Shown here: in pieces, positions 1 through 9,680 of the stretch
How the letters are laid out: every line of letters begins with the position of its first letter
How positions within the stretch are numbered: position 1 is the first letter of the stretch
Source of the DNA: Antedon mediterranea
Taxonomy: Eukaryota > Animalia > Echinodermata
Assembly (NCBI RefSeq): GCF_964355755.1
Contig: NC_092677.1
Span: 20,172,101-20,236,100, forward strand
Direction: 5' to 3'
DNA: 64,000 bases
The notes under the pieces: model-generated
Databases searched by the model: none
What the model was told of the DNA's origin: nothing
What the model saw: only the letters and a program-made list of their open reading frames with translations
Program-made: the position numbers and the translations under genes

Positions 1-264
1 TTACCAATTGTAATTTGTACAAATTTAAAATAATATCTTAACACTTTTAATTAATCTTACATATTTTTATAATTCTTATTTCTTTTCGGTAAATTTATTA
101 TTATTATGGTTGTAAATTATATTGAAATAGAATATGTGTTAAAATAAAGGTTGTGGTTTTTCTTTTAATAGCAACAACAACGAAAATGAATTTGATCTTT
201 GCGTGTTATTTAAGTATTTTATTTATTTTTTAAATTTTCATTTGGGTGAATGAGGGTAATGAGT

Positions 265-504
265 ATGGATGAGTACTTAAGAAAAGTATATTACGATCCT
301 AAGCATCCTGATAGTTTTGGTGGTGTGGACCGACTTTATCAAAATGTAAAATACGATTTAATTATTACCAAGAGACAAGTTCAAGACTGACTGAGCAAGC
401 TAGATACATATACATTACACAAATCCATTCAACGTAAATTCAAACGAAACTGGGTACTTGTAAGTGTTATTGATGAACAATGGGGAATGGATTTGGAAAA
501 ATAA
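265..504 (+). pseudogene. Maverick/Polinton retroviral-type integrase, N-terminal fragment (pseudogene)
   Basis: Manual translation MDEYLRKVYYDPKHPDSFGGVDRLYQNVKYDLIITKRQVQD*LSKLDTYTLHKSIQRKFKRNWVLVSVIDEQWGMDLEK* fits the Polinton integrase N-terminus (YYDP-x-HP-x-SFGG...WL...YTLHK...R-x-FKR...IDxQWxxDL). TGA at 388-390 replaces the conserved Trp. The frame ends just after the first catalytic Asp. Confidence 0.85.
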
Positions 505-1742
505 CGTGTATAAAATTTGATTCAGACAAACTGTTTGACTTTAAATTTCCAAAAATCAAAGGAAGTCAATTTTGAAATAGTTGGTAGCATGGTACAAGGA
601 ATCGGACTGGAAAAAATAACAACAACTAATCCTAACAAAATAACCCGTAAACCAAAATCTCACTCTCTACCATTCAAAAATGATGTAGCGATTTTTTCAA
701 GCGGTATTGTCATGAACGTATTGAAAAGAAAATAGTTTTATTGTCAATGATTTGTCAAGTGTTTTATTTTAATTTCAATTACTGTTGTATTGTATTTAGT
801 TTTACCCGTTCATGTTGGCATGATCAATATTTGCTCAAACTCCATTTTATCGTTATGTTTGTAGTATTTTAGAGATTCCCGATCATCGTAATAATGATAT
901 AACTAGAATTCGTAACCGTGTGTTAGATTCCACGCGTATTATATACATATTGTCTTACTTTAATTCCTTCTCTCGTTATTCACCCGATGTAGTTTGATCA
1001 AACAATTGTACCTGAGCCTGAAAGGTTAGTTGTTATGGTACAAGGAATCGGCCCGGAAAATAATTTGTTTTCTTTTCTGTTAAATTATTATTATGTTTGT
1101 GAATTGTGTATTGCAATAGATTTGTTTAATGAAATTAAATTAATTAGGTTTATGTTTTGACTTAATTTACTGTCAGTGTAAATTTGTAAAAGTAGTTTTC
1201 CTACTTTAATTCACGGTAAATTTATTTATCGACTTAATTTAATTTGTTTTCTTTTCTGTTGTTGTTAAATGTAATTGCAAACACACATAATAAATGATTG
1301 TGATTATAAATATTCTGTTTACTTCTTTTAATTTTAAACAGTACAATAGATCTGTAATGTAAAGTTATATTTTATATATAATAAGTAATATTACAAAAAT
1401 AAACATACAAAATGTATAAAGCATAGATTAATTAAATTTAAATACAATTTCTTTATTTCAAAATGAATTTCATTTTCTACGTGTTTTCAATTTTAAATCT
1501 TTTAAGAAAGACACAATACGTACTGCTAAAAAAATAAAACGCACACAAAAGAAAACAAATTTGAGACGCACGATATGTAACGACGGTTTCAATAAAAAGG
1601 CATATTATAAATGTATTTTTACCAAATTTATAAAGTAAAGGGTTATTATTGAGAAATATACATTTTAGATAAATGATAACACATCTAAAATTAATTAGAG
1701 AGATCAATACAATATGGTGTTCATAATAATTTGTTTTGATGA

Positions 1743-2234
1743 CTAGAGGAAACATCTGAAGACATTCAACAAAAAAACAAGCGTTAACACCATACCAGTC
1801 ACTAAGAATGCTACTACTCTGAAAAAAACATCTCCCTTCCAGCACAGAAACAAATTCTGAACGAAAATAAAAAATAAAAATAATTAGTAAACGAAACACG
1901 CGCATTATAAATAAAATGAATAATTTAAGAATATTTGTTAAAATACCCACGAACAAAAAAAAAAAAGAAACATACTAACCGATTTATCGTCATTACGAAG
2001 TTCAAATAACGAAAACTTTTCCTTGAAAAATCCACAAGAGACACGTTTTACATTTTCTAACTGCATTTCAGTGTCACATTGTTTCGCAACACATGTACAT
2101 ACAACGAGTCCTGTCACAAATCTGCCGACATTTATTTTTTTATCGCTCATCATTTGTTCTAATACATAATACAGCGCTTCCGAAGAAATATCTTTACACA
2201 ATTCTAACACATTAAAATTGTTTTCCAACTCTTT
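1743..2234 (-). pseudogene. 5'-truncated mirror copy of the Bcl-2-like gene (lacks start codon, BH4 and half of BH3)
   Basis: The inverted-repeat breakpoint at 3753 falls inside exon 1, so the left copy starts at KELENNF. Intron and exon 2 are retained. Confidence 0.75.
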
Positions 2235-2980
2235 TATGTAACAAACTTAATGACAAAATAAATTTTATGCAAAAAGATTCTTGACAAATTATGTTTATGT
2301 AACAAATTTAATGATAAAATAAAATTTATGTAAAAAGATTCTTGATAAATAATTTTTTATTTAACGAATTTCATGACCATTTTTTTTTTCTTATTTAACA
2401 AGTTTTTGATTCTGAAATTAATCGACATACTTATAAAGAATAAATCTATAATCACAATTAAATTTATAAACAAATAATGATATTTAATATTAGTATAATT
2501 ATTTCCATACAAAAAGTATAAATAAATTCAAATATTTACACACAAAAATATTGCATAAATGATATTTACAAAATAATTACAAAGGTTAAAAATAAATTCT
2601 CTTATTTACAAGAATATTACACAAATAATTCTTAAAAACTTAAACGAACTAGGCCTACTGAACAAATGGACTGAATGACAAAATATTTTTTTCAACAAAA
2701 TAATTCTTTATGTTACATACGGTTGATAAAATCAATTGATGCAACTAATTCTTAGCAAAATAATTTTCTGTTACAAACTTCTTGTAAAAAATAAATTTAT
2801 GTAACGAATTTCTTTACAAATTTATTTTTATGTAACAAATATTTTGAAAAATTTATTTTCATGTAACAAATTTATCTACACAAATATTTTTATGAAACAA
2901 ACTTCTTAACAAATTTATCTTATGTAACAAATTTCTTTACAAATTTATTTTTATGTAACAAATGTTCTTGAAAATATATC
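2233..2980. repeat. Degenerate ~30-31 bp AT-rich tandem repeat in two blocks (~2233-2380 and ~2690-2980) in the palindrome spacer
   Basis: Recurring TTTATGTAACAAA-(T/C)TTCTT(G/T)ACAAA-ATAAATT units. Confidence 0.75.
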
Positions 2981-3650
2981 TAACATGATATAAATTTAAT
3001 TTAGAATATGTTTTATTTAACATAATGACAGGTAAATAAAATTATAACACTGAATCATTATTTTTTTTTTTTTATATATATATAGCTGTTTTATTCGTAT
3101 GTATATTTTTCACAATCATAAATGAACAACAACCCTAATTACGGCCTAAATTAAATAAATGTACAAAGTAAATTCAGTATAATATATTTTATTTATTTTT
3201 GACAACTATCTTGACAACATTTAATTATGTTTTACGGTAATTACTATATTCAAACTGTGTCATCCTTTGTAATTGTCATTAGCTTCTGTCGGAACGATGG
3301 TTTCTTTTCTTTGATCATGTGGATTTCCAATTTCAATCCATTTCTATATGGCTAATCTGCAATCATTAGTTTCCGTTCGCTCTTTTTTTTTCTTTTTTTT
3401 TTTATAAAATCTCTTCACTATACTAAGGATTAAAAATTACATTCGGCTCCGTATATTCACATTTTTTTGACAAAATTAAATGTTAATGTTGTAACTTTCT
3501 AAACACAAATAAATCACATAAATAATAAAAACACATTTCCTGACAAAATTAGTTTCTATGTTACAACTTCTTTTTAAAAACAAAAATAAATGTTTTAAGT
3601 TGTAACTTTCTTGGTAATTACATCCATTATCATTTGTTTTGTCGAGCGTT

Positions 3651-4244
3651 ATGGTTGATTTAGAGGAAGTAGTTTTAGCATACATTGAATATAAATTGAC
3701 GGGGTTAATTGTTTTGGATTCACCCATCCTCCAGAGTACTATTCGTGCTTGTAAAGAGTTGGAAAACAATTTTAATGTGTTAGAATTGTGTAAAGATATT
3801 TCTTCGGAAGCGCTGTATTATGTATTAGAACAAATGATGAGCGATAAAAAAATAAATGTCGGCAGATTTGTGACAGGACTCGTTGTATGTACATGTGTTG
3901 CGAAACAATGTGACACTGAAATGCAGTTAGAAAATGTAAAACGTGTCTCTTGTGGATTTTTCAAGGAAAAGTTTTCGTTATTTGAACTTCGTAATGACGA
4001 TAAATCGGTTAGTATGTTTTTTTTTTTTTTTTGTTCGTGGGTATTTTAACAAATATTCTTAAATTATTCATTTTATTTATAATGCGCGTGTTTCGTTTAC
4101 TAATTATTTTTATTTTTTATTTTCGTTCAGAATTTGTTTCTGTGCTGGAAGGGAGATGTTTTTTTCAGAGTAGTAGCATTCTTAGTGACTGGTATGGTGT
4201 TAACGCTTGTTTTTTTGTTGAATGTCTTCAGATGTTTCCTCTAG
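3651..4244 (+). CDS. Divergent Bcl-2-family protein, two exons (3651-4007, 4131-4244), 156 aa, with C-terminal membrane anchor
   Basis: BH4-like DLEEVVLAYIEYKL, BH3-like TIRACKELENNF, BH1-like VLEQMMSDKKINVGRFVTGL. Phase-0 intron 4008-4130: GTTAGT donor, TACTAAT branch-like site at ~4098-4104, T-rich tract, TTCAG acceptor. Splicing joins ...ELRNDDKS in frame to NLFLCWKGDVFFRVVAFLVTGMVLTLVFLLNVFRCFL*, a hydrophobic tail. Confidence 0.8.
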
Positions 4245-5986
4245 TCATCAAAACAAATTATTATGAACACCATATTGTATTGATCTCTCTAATTAATTTT
4301 AGATGTGTTATCATTTATCTAAAATGTATATTTCTCAATAATAACCCTTTACTTTATAAATTTGGTAAAAATACATTTATAATATGCCTTTTTATAGAAA
4401 CCGTCGTTACATATCGTGCGTCTCAAATTTGTTTTCTTTTGTGTGCGTTTTATTTTTTTAGCAGTACGTATTGTGTCTTTCTTAAAAGATTTAAAATTGA
4501 AAACACGTAGAAAATGAAATTCATTTTGAAATAAAGAAATTGTATTTAAATTTAATTAATCTATGCTTTATACATTTTGTATGTTTATTTTTGTAATATT
4601 ACTTATTATATATAAAATATAACTTTACATTACAGATCTATTGTACTGTTTAAAATTAAAAGAAGTAAACAGAATATTTATAATCACAATCATTTATTAT
4701 GTGTGTTTGCAATTACATTTAACAACAACAGAAAAGAAAACAAATTAAATTAAGTCGATAAATAAATTTACCGTGAATTAAAGTAGGAAAACTACTTTTA
4801 CAAATTTACACTGACAGTAAATTAAGTCAAAACATAAACCTAATTAATTTAATTTCATTAAACAAATCTATTGCAATACACAATTCACAAACATAATAAT
4901 AATTTAACAGAAAAGAAAACAAATTATTTTCCGGGCCGATTCCTTGTACCATAACAACTAACCTTTCAGGCTCAGGTACAATTGTTTGATCAAACTACAT
5001 CGGGTGAATAACGAGAGAAGGAATTAAAGTAAGACAATATGTATATAATACGCGTGGAATCTAACACACGGTTACGAATTCTAGTTATATCATTATTACG
5101 ATGATCGGGAATCTCTAAAATACTACAAACATAACGATAAAATGGAGTTTGAGCAAATATTGATCATGCCAACATGAACGGGTAAAACTAAATACAATAC
5201 AACAGTAATTGAAATTAAAATAAAACACTTGACAAATCATTGACAATAAAACTATTTTCTTTTCAATACGTTCATGACAATACCGCTTGAAAAAATCGCT
5301 ACATCATTTTTGAATGGTAGAGAGTGAGATTTTGGTTTACGGGTTATTTTGTTAGGATTAGTTGTTGTTATTTTTTCCAGTCCGATTCCTTGTACCATGC
5401 TACCAACTATTTCAAAATTGACTTCCTTTGATTTTTGGAAATTTAAAGTCAAACAGTTTGTCTGAATCAAATTTTATACACGTTATTTTTCCAAATCCAT
5501 TCCCCATTGTTCATCAATAACACTTACAAGTACCCAGTTTCGTTTGAATTTACGTTGAATGGATTTGTGTAATGTATATGTATCTAGCTTGCTCAGTCAG
5601 TCTTGAACTTGTCTCTTGGTAATAATTAAATCGTATTTTACATTTTGATAAAGTCGGTCCACACCACCAAAACTATCAGGATGCTTAGGATCGTAATATA
5701 CTTTTCTTAAGTACTCATCCATACTCATTACCCTCATTCACCCAAATGAAAATTTAAAAAATAAATAAAATACTTAAATAACACGCAAAGATCAAATTCA
5801 TTTTCGTTGTTGTTGCTATTAAAAGAAAAACCACAACCTTTATTTTAACACATATTCTATTTCAATATAATTTACAACCATAATAATAATAAATTTACCG
5901 AAAAGAAATAAGAATTATAAAAATATGTAAGATTAATTAAAAGTGTTAAGATATTATTTTAAATTTGTACAAATTACAATTGGTAA
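3753..5986. repeat. Right arm of large inverted duplication (may extend further right, since its partner runs off the window edge)
   Basis: Reverse complement of 1-2234. Confidence 0.97.
5483..5722 (-). pseudogene. Maverick/Polinton integrase N-terminal fragment, mirror copy
   Basis: Reverse-complement copy of 265-504 with the same internal stop. Confidence 0.85.
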
Positions 5987-6702
5987 AGAATCTTATTAAA
6001 AAGTTCTGAATCATTTGTAATCAACTTTATGGCTTTAGCAAACGCATCAACATTTATACAACGTAAATGAAAGTAGTTTAGCGCCCATTCAAAATGGGTA
6101 GCGCTATTGTACACAAGTTTCAATGCCAGAATTGGTCGAAAAAATGTTAGGAGTTGTTCATATCTTGAGCCGTGAAAGTTATAACGTTCAACCATGTCCT
6201 TCAGAATGAATATAAATTCTTCTATGAAAACCTTCTCAATTGTTCTCATTATTTCTTTGTACTCAAGTTCGGTAGTTTCTTTCTTAATCTCCGCCTCCAG
6301 CACAGGGTTCAGGTACTCTTCCGCAAACACCTCATCTTCTACATCATCTTCTACATCGGCTTTTCTTGCCAGAAATAGGTGGTAGTCAACTACCGATGAC
6401 GTGTCGTCGTATACAATCCTCTCCTCTTCAGAAATTATTCTCGATCTATAATGTTCGTCTTCTTCAGTATTAGATACATTATTGAAATCAACGTTCATTG
6501 GAGGTGGGGGTTGAATCGCAATTAAACACGTCATATCCCCCATCTCTTCCCTCATCTCTTCCTCCTCCTTTGCTGTAAAATAGGCACCAGTCATAGCTAG
6601 TATTTCTTCGTCTTCAAATTCTGAATCACTGCTTATATATATAACATCTTCTTCGACATCAGAGTCCATAGTAAGATCAATTATTTCAATCACGGAACCC
6701 AT
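5974..6702 (-). CDS. Acidic 242-aa protein with two N-terminal SUMO-interacting-motif-like segments; probable Maverick/Polinton accessory gene
   Basis: Uninterrupted intronless ORF with true ATG and higher GC than its flanks. IEIIDLT-MDSD and VIYISSDSEFEDEE fit the hydrophobic core + acidic/Ser SIM pattern. The C-terminal ~100 aa look helical. Same strand as, and ~250 bp upstream of, the integrase fragment. Confidence 0.7.
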   Translation of the reverse strand: MGSVIEIIDLTMDSDVEEDVIYISSDSEFEDEEILAMTGAYFTAKEEEEMREEMGDMTCLIAIQPPPPMNVDFNNVSNTEEDEHYRSRIISEEERIVYDDTSSVVDYHLFLARKADVEDDVEDEVFAEEYLNPVLEAEIKKETTELEYKEIMRTIEKVFIEEFIFILKDMVERYNFHGSRYEQLLTFFRPILALKLVYNSATHFEWALNYFHLRCINVDAFAKAIKLITNDSELFNKILYQL

Positions 6703-6754
6703 AGTAACTAGTTGTTGGTTTTTGGTCTGTCTTGTCGAGCTCTGTAGCGTTGTA

Positions 6755-6793
6755 GAATGAGGTAAAGATTACAAAATAATCGAGAGTTATATA
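6755..6793 (-). promoter_or_regulatory. Candidate TATA box + initiator for the 242-aa ORF
   Basis: Minus-strand TATATAA (6793-6787), then TCATTC (6760-6755; Inr-like TCAKTY) ~30-35 nt downstream, ~55 nt before the ATG. Confidence 0.4.
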
Positions 6794-7084
6794 CAGTCAA
6801 AGGATTACATTCGGCATTTACTAAATTTGTTTCAGCCAATTGTCATTGTTGTATTTCCTGTCGGAACATTGTGTCGAAGCGCCGTGTATCTTTTGTTTCA
6901 TTAAGTAGCTTCCCCAATGTCATTCAATTTAAAAAATGTCCGATCCAAAATCATCAAAGATCAAACCGTTTTCTCATAACTCGCTGCATACTAGCCTTAG
7001 CCTTATCAGCTATTTTAGAATCGGCGTAATCAGCTGTTGGTTTGTAGAAGTTCATACTGATGAAAACTGTACTAAATTCTCTTA

Positions 7085-7985
7085 ACTTTTTGTTTCAGTC
7101 ATTGTTATAATATCCTGATCAAATAACTTATGTTGTTACGTTGTTTTAATTAAACCAGGAGCATCTTTTATTGTACCCCTTTTTAAAAATACTGCCAAGT
7201 ACATGACTAATTCAAATCTTACAACAATCTTTTACTTCCTTACCCAATGTTAACCATTGTAATATTATATCCGAAACATAACACCTATTGACTTCAACCA
7301 TTGTATGCCATTTGTTCTCATCACAAACGACTAAATCATCACCAAATATTTTTTATTTATTATTTAATAATTTTATATTATAATAACAATTCCCTCTTTA
7401 CCCACTTTTTGTTTTATTTTAAAAGGAAACAAATAAATCTTTTCGTAAACGTAACCAATTTAAATGAAAATAAAACTAAACATTGGAAAACAAAAATCAT
7501 CAAAAATAGTGAAACTAACATCATGACGTCACACATTAAACTTTAGTATGTCAAACGCCGTGTCACTGATTTCGATTTCTCCCCTTTGTTAACAAATCCG
7601 GAAGATGGTTAATTACCTTTCGGTGTAGTTCAATCAAGACATACTTATTATTTAACTTCATTCATTCTTATCTTTTTGTTTTAGTCATTGTTATAATATC
7701 CGGATCAAATAACTTATGTCTTTGGATTATGTCGGCATACATCAAGCAAAAACCTCAATTAACTAGTTTTAATTAACCAGGTGCATCTTAATTGACTCTA
7801 TGACTAATTCAAATCTTACAAAAACTATATTGTCTCACTTCCTTACCCTATGTTAACCATTGTATTATAATCCGAAACATAACACCTATTGACTTCAACC
7901 ATTGTAAACCATTTTGTTCTCATCACAAGCAACTAAATTACCATATCATTTTTATTTAATATTTATTAATTTTATATTATAATGT
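7085..7985. repeat. Diverged direct duplication of ~300 bp (~7085-7385 and ~7672-7985), with a partial third copy near 8035-8075
   Basis: Shared blocks agtcattgttataatatcc(t/g)gatcaaataact, atgactaattcaaatcttacaa and ccgaaacataacacctattgacttcaaccattgta at ~590-600 bp spacing. Confidence 0.85.
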
Positions 7986-8239
7986 ATATTAATATATAAC
8001 AAATCTATATAACAATTCTAGTGAAATGATATACTCTATTGTCTTATACTATCCCCATTGTTAACCATTGTTATAACCACGACTGACTAGACCTGCAGGA
8101 TAACCTCTTCGCAAAAAACAAACTGTAATGACATTCAACCAAAACCCCAATTCCAGCAGCTTGCAATCAATTTGATTTTTTTGTTTAAAGTATAGTTTTT
8201 TCATGTAAATCATTTTTTTGGTCGAATTGGACTATTATG

Positions 8240-8435
8240 CGGAAATTACATAACTAGTACGAAACCAGGAAAAGAACGACCTTCATTAGAAACACCTGCA
8301 GGAAGTTACATAACTAATACTATAACAGGAAATGAACGACCTTCATTAGAAACACCTGCCGGAAACGACCTTCATTAGAAACACCTGGCGGAAACGACCT
8401 TCATTAGAAACACCTGGCGGATATTACATAACTAT
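8240..8435. repeat. Short tandem array: two 60-bp units then two 29-bp units sharing AACGACCTTCATTAGAAACACCTG
   Basis: Four exact copies of the 24-bp core at ~8275, 8335, 8364 and 8393. Confidence 0.9.
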
Positions 8436-9000
8436 TGCGCAACCACCATGAAATACCCCAAGGTCAACTTTGGGCTGAAGTACCTTATTTACTACTCTTG
8501 TGGATAACACAACCTCGCTTGCTCTCATGCAGCCGTAGTATCAAATGAGAAACAGTGCTTTGTTCATGAGCATGTCATACTTATTTCTTGTAGCGAGGAG
8601 GAGGTGCGCTAGTAGCTGCTGCATTACATTGGTGGTAATAGGTAGCAATGGTTTACGAGTCTGTGAATTGGAATTGGTGTACTGCTTGCTAACACCTCTG
8701 AGAATAATTGCAATGTTAGGGGCATTTGTTGGATCAGGCATGTTGTAGATTTTATGTGTAAATGATATAGAACTTAAATATGTTCTGATTGTACTTGGCG
8801 ACATGCCCAACTCAGACAGATGGCAAATGAACAGCGATACATTTTCCAAGGAGACAGGTAGATTGGGGGATGATGTATGTTTCGTCAAAAATTTGGAAAA
8901 CTGCTGCCAGCATCTACGGTACGTTGTTTGTGTACCTTGTGTTACTGATGCATGTATCAAATTCCATTTAACTTGTTGAAGTTTTCTGGTTTTAGGTGAT
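8430..9000 (-). pseudogene. Tyrosine recombinase N-terminal half (SAM-like domain and first catalytic Arg)
   Basis: TQTTYRRCWQQFSKF...LFICHLSELGMSPSTIRTYLSSISFTHK...DPT...ILRG...LPIT, then a stop at 8541-8543 followed in frame by YYGCMRASE (GxxRxxE motif). The H-x-x-R and Tyr region is absent. Confidence 0.85.
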
Positions 9001-9680
9001 GTGGAATTTTTAATGGCGTCTCGTGCATCTGGAATTTTGTTAGCAAGTCTTTGTTTACCTGCCAACGAGAAATCGCGTCACTTAGAATGTTCTTATGACC
9101 AGGAATGTGACGTGCAGTCAGATGGATCTTGTTTGTAAGAAGAATTAACATAAGTGGTCTGATTATGTGCATAACATTAGCATTGCTGCTGGTCTTACTG
9201 TTTAAATGATAGACATTAGCCATGTTGTCGTTGTGAAATACCACATGGGTGTTGATACATTTTTTAGCAAATAATGACACCATTAGGTAAACTGGATATA
9301 GTTCCAACACCATAATGTCATATTTTTTTCCAACTTTCTGGCCAGGCACCTTGGACCCAGGAGGATTCAAACGTGGCACCAACAGCTTGCTTAGACGCAT
9401 CGGAATAGAAATGTAAACATTTTGAGTCTTTTTTCTGTGACTTACTGATAAGGGTGATCCCATTGTATTGATTAAGGAACATATCCCATATCTTTAAATC
9501 TTCAATGACTCCAGGGGGTATTTTTATCGTAGTATCGGGGTTTATTTTCCCTTTAGTTAGGGCATACATCCTTGCTAAGAAAGCCCTTCAACTAGGTATG
9601 ACACATGTTGCAAACTGGAGTTTCCCATTAATGGACTGCAGTTCCCGAAGTGCAATTTCTTTTTGAGTTAACCATTTTTG
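8957..9680 (-). pseudogene. DIRS-type RT thumb/RNase H fragment
   Basis: LRELQSINGKLQFATCVIPS*RAFLARM...DLKIWDMFLNQYNG...FYSDAS...WVQGAWP / IMVLELYPV...FHNDNMA...HIPGHKNILSDAISR, carrying the RNase H D-E-D-D residues. Stop at 9588-9590. One-base frameshift in the A run at ~9323-9329 joins ORFs 9318-9569 and 8957-9463. Confidence 0.88.

Larger units (their letters stand above)
1..2234. repeat. Left arm of large inverted duplication (pairs with 3753-5986; position i pairs with 5987-i)
   Basis: Mirror ORF pairs all sum to 5987 (517/5470, 1477/4510, 1938/4049). Base 1 (ttaccaattgtaa) is the reverse complement of 5974-5986. Pairing breaks at 2235/3752. I noticed only two mismatches (1591/4396 and 1967/4020) and no indels. 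Confidence 0.97.
8430..9680 (-). mobile_element. DIRS-order (Ngaro/PAT-like) tyrosine-recombinase retrotransposon fragment, truncated at both ends
   Basis: RT C-terminus/RNase H ORF overlaps a downstream YR ORF, with no methyltransferase domain between them. Cut by satellite A at ~9680. Confidence 0.9.

Noticed and set aside
517-735. 72-aa ORF (mirror 5252-5470) and 17-bp repeat atggtacaaggaatcgg at ~589 and ~1034
   Set aside because: No ATG start and no recognisable domain; may be decayed element sequence but cannot be assigned.
4031-4510. 159-aa ORF and its mirror at 1477-1956
   Set aside because: Starts in the intron poly-T run, is F/I/L-biased, and overlaps Bcl-2-like exon 2 in another frame. 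Identity of the two copies reflects the palindrome, not selection.
5157-5189. ILIMPT*TGKT, resembling a helicase/ATPase Walker A motif with Gly-to-stop
   Set aside because: Single short motif in a frame with several stops and no Walker B; may be chance.
1-5986. Inverted repeat interpreted as Polinton terminal inverted repeats
   Set aside because: The arms contain genes, cut a gene at the inner end and enclose only 1.5 kb. No AG...CT termini or 6-bp TSD are visible.
6520-6545. DMTCLI in the acidic protein as an Rb-binding LxCxE motif
   Set aside because: Lacks both the Leu and the Glu of LxCxE.
8240-8435. CRISPR-like appearance of 24-bp repeats with intervening sequence
   Set aside because: The intervening sequences are related to each other or absent, there are no cas genes, and the context is eukaryotic.
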